Shown here in pieces: positions 38,751-50,359 of a stretch of DNA of 64,000 bases. This DNA comes from Octopus sinensis. Lineage: Eukaryota. Made by a program: the position numbers and the translations under genes. The notes beneath the pieces are model-generated. The model saw only the letters and a list, made by a program, of their open reading frames with translations. It was not told where the DNA came from and did no database searches. Location of the stretch: the NCBI RefSeq assembly GCF_006345805.1, contig NC_043003.1:106640001-106704000 (forward strand), in the 5' to 3' direction. How positions within the stretch are numbered: position 1 is the stretch's first letter; every line of letters starts with the position of its first letter.

Positions 38751-39065
38751 GTGTGTGCATACATGCCCTGCCCCCCACAACCACTTGATAACTCGTGTGT
38801 GTTTACATCCCTATAACTTAGCAGCTCAGCAAAGAGACTAATAGAATATGTACCAGGCTTAGCAAAAGCAAATAAGTACTGGGATTGAATCATTCAACTA
38901 AAAATTCTTCAAGGTGGTGCCCTCGCATGGTCACAGTCTAATGACTGAAACAATATTTCATATATATATATATACATACATATATATATACACGTAATTA
39001 CATACATACAGTAGAACCTTGGTTCTCGAACAAATAAATCATGCCTTATATATATCAATATCTCT

Positions 39066-39377
39066 CATCATCATCGTCATTTAACTTCTGCTTTCCATGC
39101 TGGCATGGGTTGGATGGTTTGACTGAGGACTGGTGAGCCAGAGGTTGCACCAGGCTCAATCTGATCTGGCAAAGTTTTTACAGCTGGATGCCCTTCCTAA
39201 CACCAACCACTCCGAGAGTGTAGTGGGTGCTTTTACGTGTCACCAGCACAGGAGCCAAGCAGGCAGTTCTGGCAATGAGCACACTCAAAAGGTGTATTTT
39301 ACGTGCTACCTGCATGGGAGCCAGTCCATTGGCACTGGCAACAACCACGCTCAAATGCTGTTTTTCATAAATGACCA
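39066..39377 (-). mobile_element. RTE-type tailed element
   Basis: (CAT)n at left; ggatgcccttcctaacaccaaccactcc; sub-repeats. Confidence 0.88.
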
Positions 39378-39933
39378 GCACATGTGCCGGTAAGGCAACG
39401 CTGGTGCACATGTGCCGGTAAGGCGACGCTGGTGCACATGTGCCGGTAATGCGACGCTGGTGCACATGTGCCGGTAAGGCAACGCTGGTGCACATGTGCC
39501 GGTAATGCGACGCTGGTGCACATGTGCCGGTAAGGCAACGCCGGTGCACATGTGCCGGTAAGGCAACGCTGGTGCACATGTGCCGGTAATGCGACGCTGG
39601 TGCACATGTGCCGGTAAGGCAACGCTGGTGCACATGTGCCGGTAAGGCGACGCTGGTGCACATGTGCCGGTAATGCGACGCTGGTGCACATGTGCCGGTA
39701 AGGCGACGGTGCACATGTGCCGGTAAGGCAACGCCGGTGCACATGTGCCGGTAAGGCAACGCTGGTGCACATGTGCCGGTAAGGCGACACTGGTGCACAT
39801 GTGCCGGTAATGCGACGCTGGTGCACATGTGCCGGTAAGGCAACGCCGGTGCACATGTGCCGGTAAGGCAACGCTGGTGCACATGTGCCGGTAAGGCGAC
39901 ACTGGTGCACATGTGCCGGTAAGGCAACGCTGG
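39378..39933. repeat. 28-bp CpG-rich minisatellite, ~20 units
   Basis: Unit gcacatgtgccggtaaggcaacgctggt containing the palindrome GCACATGTGC. Confidence 0.97.
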
Positions 39934-39936
39934 CTA

Positions 39937-40030
39937 TCACCATCATCATTGTTTAACGTCCGCTTTCCATGCTAGCATGGGTTGGACGGTTCGACTGGGG
40001 TCTGGGAAGCCAGGAGGCTGCACCAGGCTC
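39937..40030 (-). mobile_element. Short RTE-type 3' end fragment
   Basis: catcatcattgtttaacgtccgctttccatgctagcatggg. Confidence 0.85.
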
Positions 40031-40062
<32 letters not shown>

Positions 40063-40611
40063 AGAGAGAGAGAGAGAGAGAGAGAGAGCATGATTTATTC
40101 ACGATCAGAGTTGTTCAAAAACTGAGGAACTCCTGTATACATATATATCTATGTGGCGCCGGTACTTGAAAGGACAAGCCTGTGTGTACGGAAGGCAGCG
40201 ATTTGTATTGTAACATCTATCATAAAACTAGGCAAAGTAAAAAGAAGACATTTAAAAAATGTCAACTAGTGTTGTACACAGTGTATCAGTCTCTGTAAAC
40301 AATAGCAAAAGAAGCGTTTACATTAGTTATCCATTGTTAAAAGGTTGTGCACTGGAGATGCAATTGTGCTTAACAATCAATACTAAGAAAGAGGAGACAT
40401 ATATATATATATATATGCATGTGTATGTGCATATACAAACTGTGGTGTGTGTGTATTCATTTTATTGACTATAACCAGAGGCTGTGACCATGCTGGGGCA
40501 GTATCATTAGGTCTCATTAAAATGTTCCTGCCCATGGAAATCTTTAGTAAAAGGCAAAAGATTTATCCAATAGAAGTGATGTATACACACAAACATGCAT
40601 TAGAGATATAT

Positions 40612-40920
40612 ATCATCATCATCATCATCATTTAAAGTCTGTTTTTCATGCTAGCATGGGTTAGATGGTTCAACCAGGGTCTGGGAAGCCAGGAGGCTGC
40701 ACCAAGCTCCAATCTAATCTGGAAAGGTTTCTACAGCTGGATGACCTTCCTAATGCCAACCACTCCAAGAGTGTAGTGGGTGCTTTTTACGTGCCAGCGG
40801 CACAGAGGCCAGGAGGCTGGCAACAACCACGATCGGCTGGAGCTTTTTACGTGCCACCAGCACAGAAGCCAGTCAAGGCGGCACTGGCATCGGCCATGTT
40901 CAGATGGTGTTTTTTATGTG
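40612..40920 (-). mobile_element. RTE-type tailed element
   Basis: Same family as 21391; flanked by (TA)n on both sides. Confidence 0.87.
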
Positions 40921-40950
40921 AGATATATATATATATTATAATAAGAGATA

Positions 40951-41467
40951 CTAGCAGTATTGCCCGGCGTTGCCCGGATTTGTAAGGGAAATAACTATAT
41001 AAGCATTTTTAGAGAGTTACTTCCCTTATAGATGCCAATTCGGGCTTTCTTAGCCATTTCTGTTTTGGTGTCTTCAAGCCATGAAGTCGTTGTTCTAAAA
41101 GAACGCTGGTCTCCTTGACAACGCATTACGACGTTGATTTCCTTAAACTCCCTTCCCCACAGCTTCACGAAGGAGGGAAGAAGGGGGAGAAGCAAACACA
41201 GGTGCAGGTGTTTGAGCGTGGACGCTAACTCCGCCGCCATCGACACACGAAAAATTATGCATTAAAATGGAATAAAAAATGATGTTAAATTATTTTTTAA
41301 ATCGTAGACTCATCGTTGACGCGCGCTAATAGCCAGACGGGCTCGATATGAATCACGACTATAAGATACCCGAATTTGGTTAAACTGCACCGCAAAATGT
41401 GGGAGGAATTAGGAATCTAAATCGAAGGGGACAGACACTCACACAACAAGAGTTTTATATATATAGA
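40951..41467 (-). mobile_element. Non-autonomous Helitron (517 bp)
   Basis: Minus strand begins A|TCtatatatataaaac; ends with hairpin ccgggcaacgccggg then CTAG|T. Confidence 0.85.
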
Positions 41468-41616
41468 TATATTTATAACTGCACGCACACACACACACAC
41501 GCTAGCACAAACATACGATCGTGAACTAAGATCCTCAACTCATTTAACTGGTTCTTCATTTACTGATTCTGAAAGGATTAAAAGTAAACTGTAGCTAAAT
41601 ATCACACACACACACT

Positions 41617-41866
41617 TGCCTGGGGGGTGCTTGGGAGCTGTGGCTGAGAACTGCTGGGTTATGGGTTAAGTAGTTTGTGATTCCAGGTACATTCAGCCAA
41701 TGTCATCTCACATAGGCTCAGGTGAAACCAAGCCATAATGAATGGAAGTGGGTCAAAGAAAACTGTGATGAAGCTAACCAGATGGACTCTACCTGATCTT
41801 AAACACCATCATCACACCTCTGAGTAGCCTTAGCAGTGTCCATTCTGCTGCAAACATTCAGGCCAG
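41617..41866 (+). repeat. ~249-bp dispersed direct repeat (partner 46605-46853)
   Basis: Roughly 95% identical by eye. Confidence 0.93.
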
Positions 41867-41994
41867 GTGTGTGTGTGTGTGTGTTGAAAATCCCTCAATT
41901 CAATGGCGGAGATCAAACTCCAAAGAGGACTCAATACAAGTATCATACATCACCGGAAATCAAATCATATTTAATAAACTTGTTTTAACATGTA

Positions 41995-42380
41995 GGCACA
42001 GGCAAGGCTGTGTGGTAAGAAGTCTGTTTCCCAACCACATGGTTCTGGGTTCAGTCCCACTGCGTGGCACCTTGGGCAAATGTCTTCTACTATAGTCTCA
42101 GGCCGACCAAAGCCTTGTGAGTGGATTTGGTAGGTGGAAACTAAAAGAAGCCCATCACGTGTGTGTGTGTGTGTATGCGTATGCATGTCTCCCACCACAT
42201 ACTTGGCAACCAGTATTGGTTTGTTTACATCCCTGTAAGTTGAAGGTCGTGCAAAGGAAACCGATAGAATAAGTTCTAGGCTTTAAAAAAGCAAAAAGTA
42301 CCAGGTTCAATTTGTTCAACTAAAACTCATGGTGGTGCTCCAGTAAGGCCACAGTCTAGTGATTGAAACAAGATAAGAGA
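41995..42380 (+). mobile_element. SINE family A-related older copy
   Basis: Head, body and tail colinear. Confidence 0.82.
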
Positions 42381-42408
42381 TAAGCTATAGAACATGCTTC
42401 CACCATAT

Positions 42409-42811
42409 GCGCAGGAGTGGCTGTGTGGTAAGTAGCTTGCTAACCAACCACATGGTTCCGGGTTCAGTCCCACTATGTGGCATCTTGTCTTCTGCTATAG
42501 CCCCGGGCCGACCAATGCCTTGTGAGTGGATTTGGTAGATGAAAACTGAAAGAAGCCTGTCGTATATATGTATATATATATATATATATATGTGTATGTG
42601 TGTGTGTTTGTGTGTCTGTGTTTGTCCCCCTAGCATTGCTTGACAACCGATGCTGGTGTGTTTATGTCCCCGTTACTTAGCGGTTCAGCAAAAGAGACCG
42701 ATAGAATAACTACTGGGCTTACAAAAAGAATAAGTCCCGGGTCGAGTTGCTCGATTAAAGGCGGTGCTCCAGTATGGCCGCAGTCAAATGACTGAAACAA
42801 GTAAAAGAGTA
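42409..42811 (+). mobile_element. SINE family A, young subfamily, full length
   Basis: Diagnostic sequence as above. Confidence 0.94.
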
Positions 42812-42829
42812 TGTCATTTCCTCCCTCTT

Positions 42830-42861
<32 letters not shown>

Positions 42862-43591
42862 AGATGCACTGCATGGGAGGTTTAATATAAATGACAACAC
42901 GCTTTATATCAATGATATGGTTTTCAACTGAGAAAATGGGAAAAAAAACATAATCTGACATAAAATCTATGCAAAGCGGCAACAGCTTAAGTGTGAACAT
43001 TCAGGGATATTTCTGTTGCTTTTTTTTTTTTTTACTCTTTGTATTCAAACTCCCTAAATCACTTTATATTCAAAAGGTATCCAGTTTAACATTTTCTCTC
43101 TCTCTCTCTCTTTTTTTTTTTTTTTGTTAACGATTTTAAAAACATGGCATATGACTATTTTATAGCATAAGGACTCTGTGGCACCACACTGATAGAATAT
43201 TTACATGTTCTAACAGCTAACTGGCAATGCGGTGATAACAGCACTTTGCACTCTGACTTCAAACTTCACCCCACATAAAAAGGAAAATATCCTCCACCGT
43301 CATAAATGGTATTGGTGGTACATGGTGTCGACTGAATGCTTAAAAAGAAATTACATCACAGCAAAACTTGCAGCCATGGATGTGTGGTTAAGAAGTTCAT
43401 TTTGCAACCACGTGATTTCAGGTTCAGTCCCATTTCACAGCACTTTGGGGCAAGTGTTTTCTACTATAGCCCCAGGTCAACCAATGCCTGACGAGTGAAT
43501 TTGGTAAATGAAAACTGTACAGAAGTCTGTCTAAATGTGTGTGTGTGTCATATATAATGTATATATCTATGTATTATATGTATAGGGTGGA

Positions 43592-43805
43592 AGGCGGTGA
43601 GCTGGTAGAAGTGTTAGCATGCCAGGCGAAATGCTTAGCAGTATTTCATCTGTCTTTATGTTCTGAGTTCAAATTTCGGCAAGGTTGATTTCTGCCTTTC
43701 ATCCTTTCGGGGTCGATAAATTAAGTACCAGTTGCATACTGGGGCCGATCTAATCGACTGGCTCCCTCCCCAACAATTTCGGGCCTTGTGCCTAGAGTAG
43801 AAAAG
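43592..43805 (+). mobile_element. SINE family B variant with alternative tail
   Basis: Nin/Deu-like domain then aatttcgggccttgtgcctagagtagaaaag; same tail as 28937 and 62925. Confidence 0.87.
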
Positions 43806-45044
43806 ATTATGTGTGTGGGGTGGGGGTGTTTGCCCCCAACCTACTTCTTTACCACAGGTGTTGCATTGTTTACATAACTGTGACTTAGCAGTTGGGCAAA
43901 ACTGGTCAACAGAATAAGTACCTGATTCAGAAATAAGTACTGGAGTTGATTTGTCTGACTAAAAGCCATTCAAGGCAGTGCCCCAGCATGGCCACAGGGG
44001 TAAATGATACTATTAGAATATTTAGGGATTTTAATAAGGAAAACAATATTGACTATGAAATTGGTAAAGAAAGTTGAAAAGAAAAAGATAGGAGAGACAC
44101 CAGCAAAAGTACAGAAAAAAAAAAGAAGGCAGAAAGAGAAATGAAGACCCAAAGAAACCCAAAGCAAGACATGGAAACAGATTCACACACAAACACATAT
44201 AAAAGTTGTTTAGTCCTATCAGCTCTGATGAAGCAAACCTATGATAAAAGGCTTTCTACTATAACCATCCTAGATTTTATCACATTAATCAATAAGTCTT
44301 GCCTTTTTAAGACGAAAGGGTGTAATTTGAGGGAGATTTAGATGCTATTTTAGCAGGACAAACAACCATGTCGTGGATCTCTCGGCAGTTTAGAAATTAA
44401 GCCTACAGCAAACAGAATTTGGAACCCAAATCCAACAAATCCTAAGCATTTTACTTTCTTTTTTAAAGTCTTTTGGAGAAAACAAAATGCACGAAATAGT
44501 TCTCAGTTCTTACTCTTTGATGTCAATTGGAATGAGGATTCGTTAATCAATATCTTTGAAAACAAAAGTATCAATAATTGAGAACTTGTAGCTCTACTGT
44601 TCTGAATGATCTTTGTCTCTCTCTCTCTCGTTTATTTCCTAGTTTGAATCAAGTGATCCAGAGGATCAGACTTTATATATGAAAATCACTTAAGCCATAA
44701 ATGATTTCTACTTGTTTTTGCATAAGTCCCTTAGCTACTGGACAATTAAGCTGATGATAGCTATTGAGACAGAAACATGTCCACAAACATCCTTTTATCT
44801 CCAGACAATGAGTCTGTCCTTTTCTTTAATGGTTTGTCAACTTTGAAGAGTCCTCGTATCTTGAAATTGTCTTCCCTTCTCAAGTGGAACAGGTCTTTAT
44901 TATCATTTGGCAATTATGTTACATCCTCTACAGGTCGAGATAATTTTGATTAATCAAGATTTTCATGTTGCATGATTCTGGTGTGGAATATGTGAATGCA
45001 TGCATGCATGCATGCAGATATATAATTTTGGTTCACCTACATAA

Positions 45045-45975
45045 TCACCTGCTTCGACTGCAATAAACACAATCAAGAAAAATGGGGGCTAATGCAGTTT
45101 CACACCTTTCCTTGAAAAAAATGCATTTTGGGGGAAAACTTTTCGGATTCCTACATTTCAGATGTCAGACATAACAAATATGCAAAAAAATAATTTTTTG
45201 CAATTTCACCCACCAACTTCTCTCCCCCGCCCCAAATTAAAATTTTTGATTTTGCTTACTTTAAAGAGATTGTAGTGAATTGACGAACATATGCAAATCG
45301 AAATTAAATCCAGACAAAAACTTTAATGTGAAAAGAATTTGAGTACTACTTGTGTTTGCTTTAAATAATCGCAAACAATAATATAATGTAAATTAAATAT
45401 ACACCATTTTATGAGAAACAAACATTAATATTTAATAATTAATGGTATAAACTTTAATAAGGGGCTTAAAATTCACCCCCTACTCCAATTTTAAATTTTG
45501 AACTTTTTCATCCATTTATTTATTTATCTGTCTATCTATTTGTCCCTGTTTATTTATTCATAAAATATATTTGTCAACTAAATGTGGCGGTCCTATAGAA
45601 GACAGTGTACTGTTGTTATTTTTGCCACAGGACGACATTCAGATCTACCTATCTCTTTATACACCTACCTATCTATCTATCTCTCTATACACATATATGT
45701 TTATTGAATTTAAAATTTTGAAAACGTGGTTTCAGGGGTGGTTTCTTGCACATTCTGAATCTCCGTCATATAAAACGGGGGGAAAAAAATTTCAAAAAAG
45801 TTGTAAATTTTAACAGGGGTTGGGGGGATGGTTTTTTTGTTTTTTTTGCATATTGGTAATTTCTGACATCTAAGACATAGGAATCCCAAAAAATATTTTT
45901 CAGAAAGCTACATTTTTCAAGGAGAGGTGCAAAACTGCATTAACCCCGAAAAATGTTTACACAGCGAAACAGATT
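45045..45975. mobile_element. Unclassified ~930-bp element with long imperfect terminal inverted repeats
   Basis: 45084-45189 is the reverse complement of about 45841-45947 in blocks (ggggctaatgcagttt..ccttgaaaaa; ggattccta..agatgtcaga..aatatgcaaaaaaa). Confidence 0.7.
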
Positions 45976-46478
45976 ACCTGCAGCAAATTGTTGCAAAGCC
46001 TGAATTAAAATTATGTAACATTTTATGAGAACTGTTCCATCAAACTGCAGAAATCAGCCAACCAATCTCTTGGAATCAGCTTCTATGGGCTCATTTGATG
46101 CAAGTCTTTTTATTCTGTCATATGTACACCCACATGCAGTATTTTTACGATATAATTTTCTAAAATATATTTAAAACAATTTTATGATGCAACAGATATA
46201 TATTTTCTACATATTTTCAGATTATTTTTTATTTTCTGTGAAGACAGGAGTCATAAATGTAGATTTCTGGCAATTTGAGTTAAAAATAAAAGAAAAAAAA
46301 ACTGCAATCAGTAATTCATGATTACTAAAGTAACTCATGATTACTAGTGTTACACAGAAAAGGCATGAACATCACAATCAGCTTGTTTTTTTAGGAGAAG
46401 GAGACTAAGATTCATCTCAGAAGTATTTTACAACCATTAATTTTTACTGTGAGTACAAGCATGGCTGTCTGGTTAAGT

Positions 46479-46643
46479 CAACGGTTCTCAACCTTTTTAG
46501 TATCCAGCCAGATACCAAACCAAAAAAAAAAAATAGTAAAACACAAGTCAAAGAAAAATTTATCATACTTATAGAGGGAAGTCTGTCAGGAGGTGCCAAA
46601 AGGATGCCTGGGGGTGCTTGGGAGCTATGACTGAGAACTGCTG
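46479..46643. mobile_element. hAT-type MITE (165 bp)
   Basis: TIRs caacggttctca and tgagaactgctg; 8-bp TSD ggttaagt/ggttaagg. Confidence 0.75.
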
Positions 46644-47071
46644 GGTTAAGGGTTAAGTAGTTTGTGATTCCAGGTACATTCGGCCAATGTCTTCTCACAT
46701 AGGCTCAGGTGAAACCAAGCCATAATGAATGGAAGTGGGTCAAAGAAAACTGTGATGAAGCCTACTAGATGGACTCTACCTGATCTTAAACACCATCATC
46801 ACACCTCTGAGTAGCCTTAGCAGTGTCCATTCTGCTGCAAACATTCAGGCCAGTTTTCCAATTTAAAGATAACTTGATACAAGTTGCTATAATGTGGGAA
46901 GTGGAGTTTTGATTTCTTCCTACCTTTTCCCATCACTCTTGGAAGAACTGCAAAGTGGTCACAGGCATCAGCCATCTAGTAAACCAAAATTTTTTTTTAA
47001 ATGGTAGGAATACAGGTAAGCTTTAGAAGTAAGAATACAGGTAAGATTTAGAGAGACAAAATATGTCTTAA

Positions 47072-47336
47072 CCCTTTAGCATTTAATCTAACCCAAATAT
47101 TTTACCAGTTTTATGTTAAAACTGACCAGATCAAACCACTCACACCTACCCCACAATGTCATTCTAAAAATATACAATACGCCATTGAAATCTAGAAGCT
47201 ACAAGTTAATGCATAATTAATTTGAAACAATGTGAATCATCATCATCATCATCGTTTAACATCCGCTTTCCATGCTAGCATGGGTTGGACTATAAATAAG
47301 CAATACATTTGACAAAGAAATCTGAATGTTAAAGGG
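47072..47336 (+). mobile_element. piggyBac-type MITE family 2 carrying a ~52-bp RTE-tail insertion (about 47239-47290)
   Basis: TTAA|ccctttagcattt...aatgttaaaggg|TTAA. Confidence 0.85.
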
Positions 47337-47972
47337 TTAAAAAGTTGTCAGCCATTGTTGGTAAAGAGTGCATAAATGGATGACGAATGATCTGAGTGTT
47401 GGCAGGGGAAGGCCTAACCTTAAGAATTTTGAGAGAAAAATGGTAAAATTAGCTCTCAATATGATGGTGACTTAGACTTAAGAGGCAGTGGACTGGAAGA
47501 AGCGTTAGTACAGTGGACAAAATGGAAAGTGGTATTTAGTTGCAGGTTTTACCATTCTGATTTTGAATCCTGCCAAAGTTAACTTCACCTTACATTCTTT
47601 CAGGTGCAAATGAGATACAGTAAATGGCAATAAAATAAATTAGGAACTTAGAGGGTGGCTACCTTCACTCCCGGATGCCTTGCACCTGTGTTAAAAATCT
47701 ACATGGGCCTAGCAATTATTGACAAAATATCCAATTTATACTAAAATATAGAATGAATTTTTGTGATTATAATACAGAATGTTTAAACCATAAGAAATAA
47801 AGTGTTGAATGGCAGTGAGTACCAGTTTTGTACAAAAGTATTGTAAAACATGCAGAATAGTATTGAAAAACAAGAAAAAGATATATCAAAAGATATAATA
47901 CTCTTAAAGGACAATATGGAAATATGGGGTTTAAAAGGTTTGAAAGATGGTACATTAATGTGTGGTGTAAAG

Positions 47973-48574
47973 CAATGCTACTCAAAGTGGTGTCCACAGA
48001 CTGGTGCTGCTCTGTGAGCCATCAGCTGCTGGTACGCGGCTAGTTTCCAGAAAAGAAAGAAATATTATCAAATGCTTATATAATATTTTTTTTTTTATTT
48101 CATCTAGTTTCAGCTCACGAGCTGTGGCCTTGCTGGGGCACCACCATTAATAAATGCACCCATTTAAAGCCTAGCCAGGCTCATGGGCCCAGTTTCCTGG
48201 TTTCAATGATGTATGTGTTCCCCAGCTGGACGGGACACCAGTCCATTGCAGCGTTACTCATTTTTGCCAGCTGAGTGGACTGGAGCAACGTGAAATGAAG
48301 TGTTTTGCTCAAGAACATAATGCGTCGCCCGGTCCAGGAATCGAAACCACAATCTTATGATCATGATGCTGACACCCTAACCACTAAGCCACACGCCTCC
48401 ACATGTATTGTTTACAAAATAAATATATGATAAAAAAAAATTGTCAACTTTTATTATATTCCTTATATATATTGTTTCGGTATAAATTTATATTACTAAG
48501 AAATATTACCGGTCCCTGGTACATTGGTAAAAAAAAATGCCAGTGTGCCACATCAGATAGTTTGAGAAGTACTG
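47973..48574. mobile_element. Probable hAT-type MITE with nested SINE pieces
   Basis: caatgctactcaaa and tttgagaagtactg ends; TSD not convincing. Confidence 0.5.
48150..48402 (-). mobile_element. SINE family D with V-domain-like 3' part
   Basis: Sense strand ...tgagtaacgctgcaatggactggtgtcccgtccagctgggg... Confidence 0.82.
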
Positions 48575-49024
48575 AGTGAAACATGGTACAATCTTAGAAT
48601 CCAGCCATCATCGTTTTCCATATAAAAAAAAAGCAATAAAAATAGCTAATTAAAACCTATGATTTATGGGAAGGGAACTTCTCCCTAAAAACAAGAGAAA
48701 GAAAACCCTTTGTTCACCTGGATCATATAAGATCAAAGATGATAAGTGGGTGGTGAAAACTGGACACCTTATAACTAGTGGCAACCAAATGGTACAAACA
48801 ACAGGTGACATGTGATAAATGGTGTTAGGACTCTCTCCTACCCACCCTCATAAAACTGAGTGAAGTCACTTTACAACCCACAACAGGTGAACCCTGATAA
48901 AATGGTGATGGTTGTTGAACTGATTCAAAAGGGATAATTTCACTAATCATTAGACAGGTTTTATTAATCTATTAATCAGAATTGTTCTTGGCTTCACCCA
49001 TCAGATAAATATAAATGAATGGGC

Positions 49025-49407
49025 GGAGGCGCAATGGCCCAATGGTTAGGGCAGCGGACTCGCGGTCGTAGGATCGCGGTTTCGATTCCCAGACCGGGCG
49101 TTGTGAGTGTTTATTGAGCGAAAACACCTAAAGCTCCACGAGGCTCCGGCAGGGGATGGTGGTGATCCCTGCTGTACTCTTTCACCACAACTTTCTCTCA
49201 CTCTTACTTCCTGTTTCTGTTGTACCTGTATTTCAAAGGGCCGGCCTTGTCACTCTCTGTGTCACGCTGAATATCCCCGAGAACTGCGTTAAGGGTACAC
49301 GTGTCTGTGGAGTGCTCAGCCACTTACACGTTAATTTCACGAGCAGGCTGTTCCGTTGATTTGGATCAACCGGAACCCTCGTCGTCGTAACCGACGGAGT
49401 GCTTCCA
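49025..49407 (+). mobile_element. SINE family C, full length, young
   Basis: tRNA-like head ggaggcgcaatggcccaatggttagggcagcggactcgcgg, retains many CpGs; homologous to 9053-9433. Confidence 0.93.
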
Positions 49408-49658
49408 TATATCCATAAATAAATGGACTTGCTCCAGTGCATGCCAACATGCACAGCTGCATGTAAATGGTTCCTTTGTGTCAAGCGTTTGTTAAATGGC
49501 ATCAAATGGATGAGAGAAACTGTCTCTTGAGTAGGAGACAAGCCTATTGCAATTAACATTCGTGAATGATCAAAAACTTACTACAAACGAAAAGAAGGGT
49601 GAGCTGAAACACTGTAAAATAAAGGGATCTGTCCAGAAACACAAAACACAGGCTTTAA

Positions 49659-50359
49659 CCCTTTCATTACCAATCCGGCTAAAACCGACTCTGGCTCTGT
49701 AGTACAAATGTCTTGCTTTCATAAGTTTTGAATTAAAATCTTCCACCAAACCTTACTCACAATTTATGTTCTTAACACTAGCTTAATGATAACTAAGTTA
49801 TTTTACTAAATTCTTTGTTATATTTAAAATTAATTGAAAGAACCACAAAGCATCTCAACAGAAGTATGGTAACAAAAGGGTTAACAAATGATTAATTTAA
49901 CCCTTTTGATACCAACCTGGCTGAAACCACCTCAGCCTCTGTAGTACAAAGGTCTTGTTTTCATAAGTTTTGAATTAAAATCTTCCACCAAACCTTAGTC
50001 ACAATTTATGTTCCTAACACTAGATGAATGATAACTAAGTTATTTTACTAAATTCTTTGTTATATTTAAAATTAATTGAAAGAACCACAAAGCATCTCAA
50101 CAGAAGTATGGTAACAAAAGGGTTAACAAATGATTAATTTAACCCTTTTGATACCAACCTGGCTGAAACCACCTCAGCCTCTGTAGTACAAATGTCTTGG
50201 TTTCATAAGTTTTGAATTAAAATCTTCCACCAAACCTTAGTCACAATTTATGTTACTAACACAAGCTGAATGATAACTAAGTTATTTTACTAAATTCTTT
50301 GTTATATTTAGAATTAATTGAAAGAAACACAGATCATCTCAAAATAAAAACAGTAAGGG
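49659..50359 (+). mobile_element. Three tandem piggyBac-type family 1 MITEs (49659-49880, 49901-50122, 50143-50359)
   Basis: Each TTAA-bounded; 242-bp period; identical spacer ttaacaaatgattaatttaa. Confidence 0.95.

Noticed and set aside
39178-39949. 249-aa ORF, or CRISPR-like palindromic repeats
   Set aside because: Contiguous 28-bp tandem units with no unique spacers and no cas genes; eukaryotic context.
44225-44233. CTGATGAAG as another hammerhead (also 16471-16479)
   Set aside because: No downstream GAAA, stem III or stem I.
41617-46853. LTR retrotransposon bounded by TG...CA direct repeats
   Set aside because: No TSD, no PBS/PPT seen, no gag/pol; the repeat begins inside a hAT MITE.
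49025-49100. tRNA gene (and similar heads elsewhere)
   Set aside because: A/B boxes are present, but there is no paired acceptor stem and each head continues into a SINE body.
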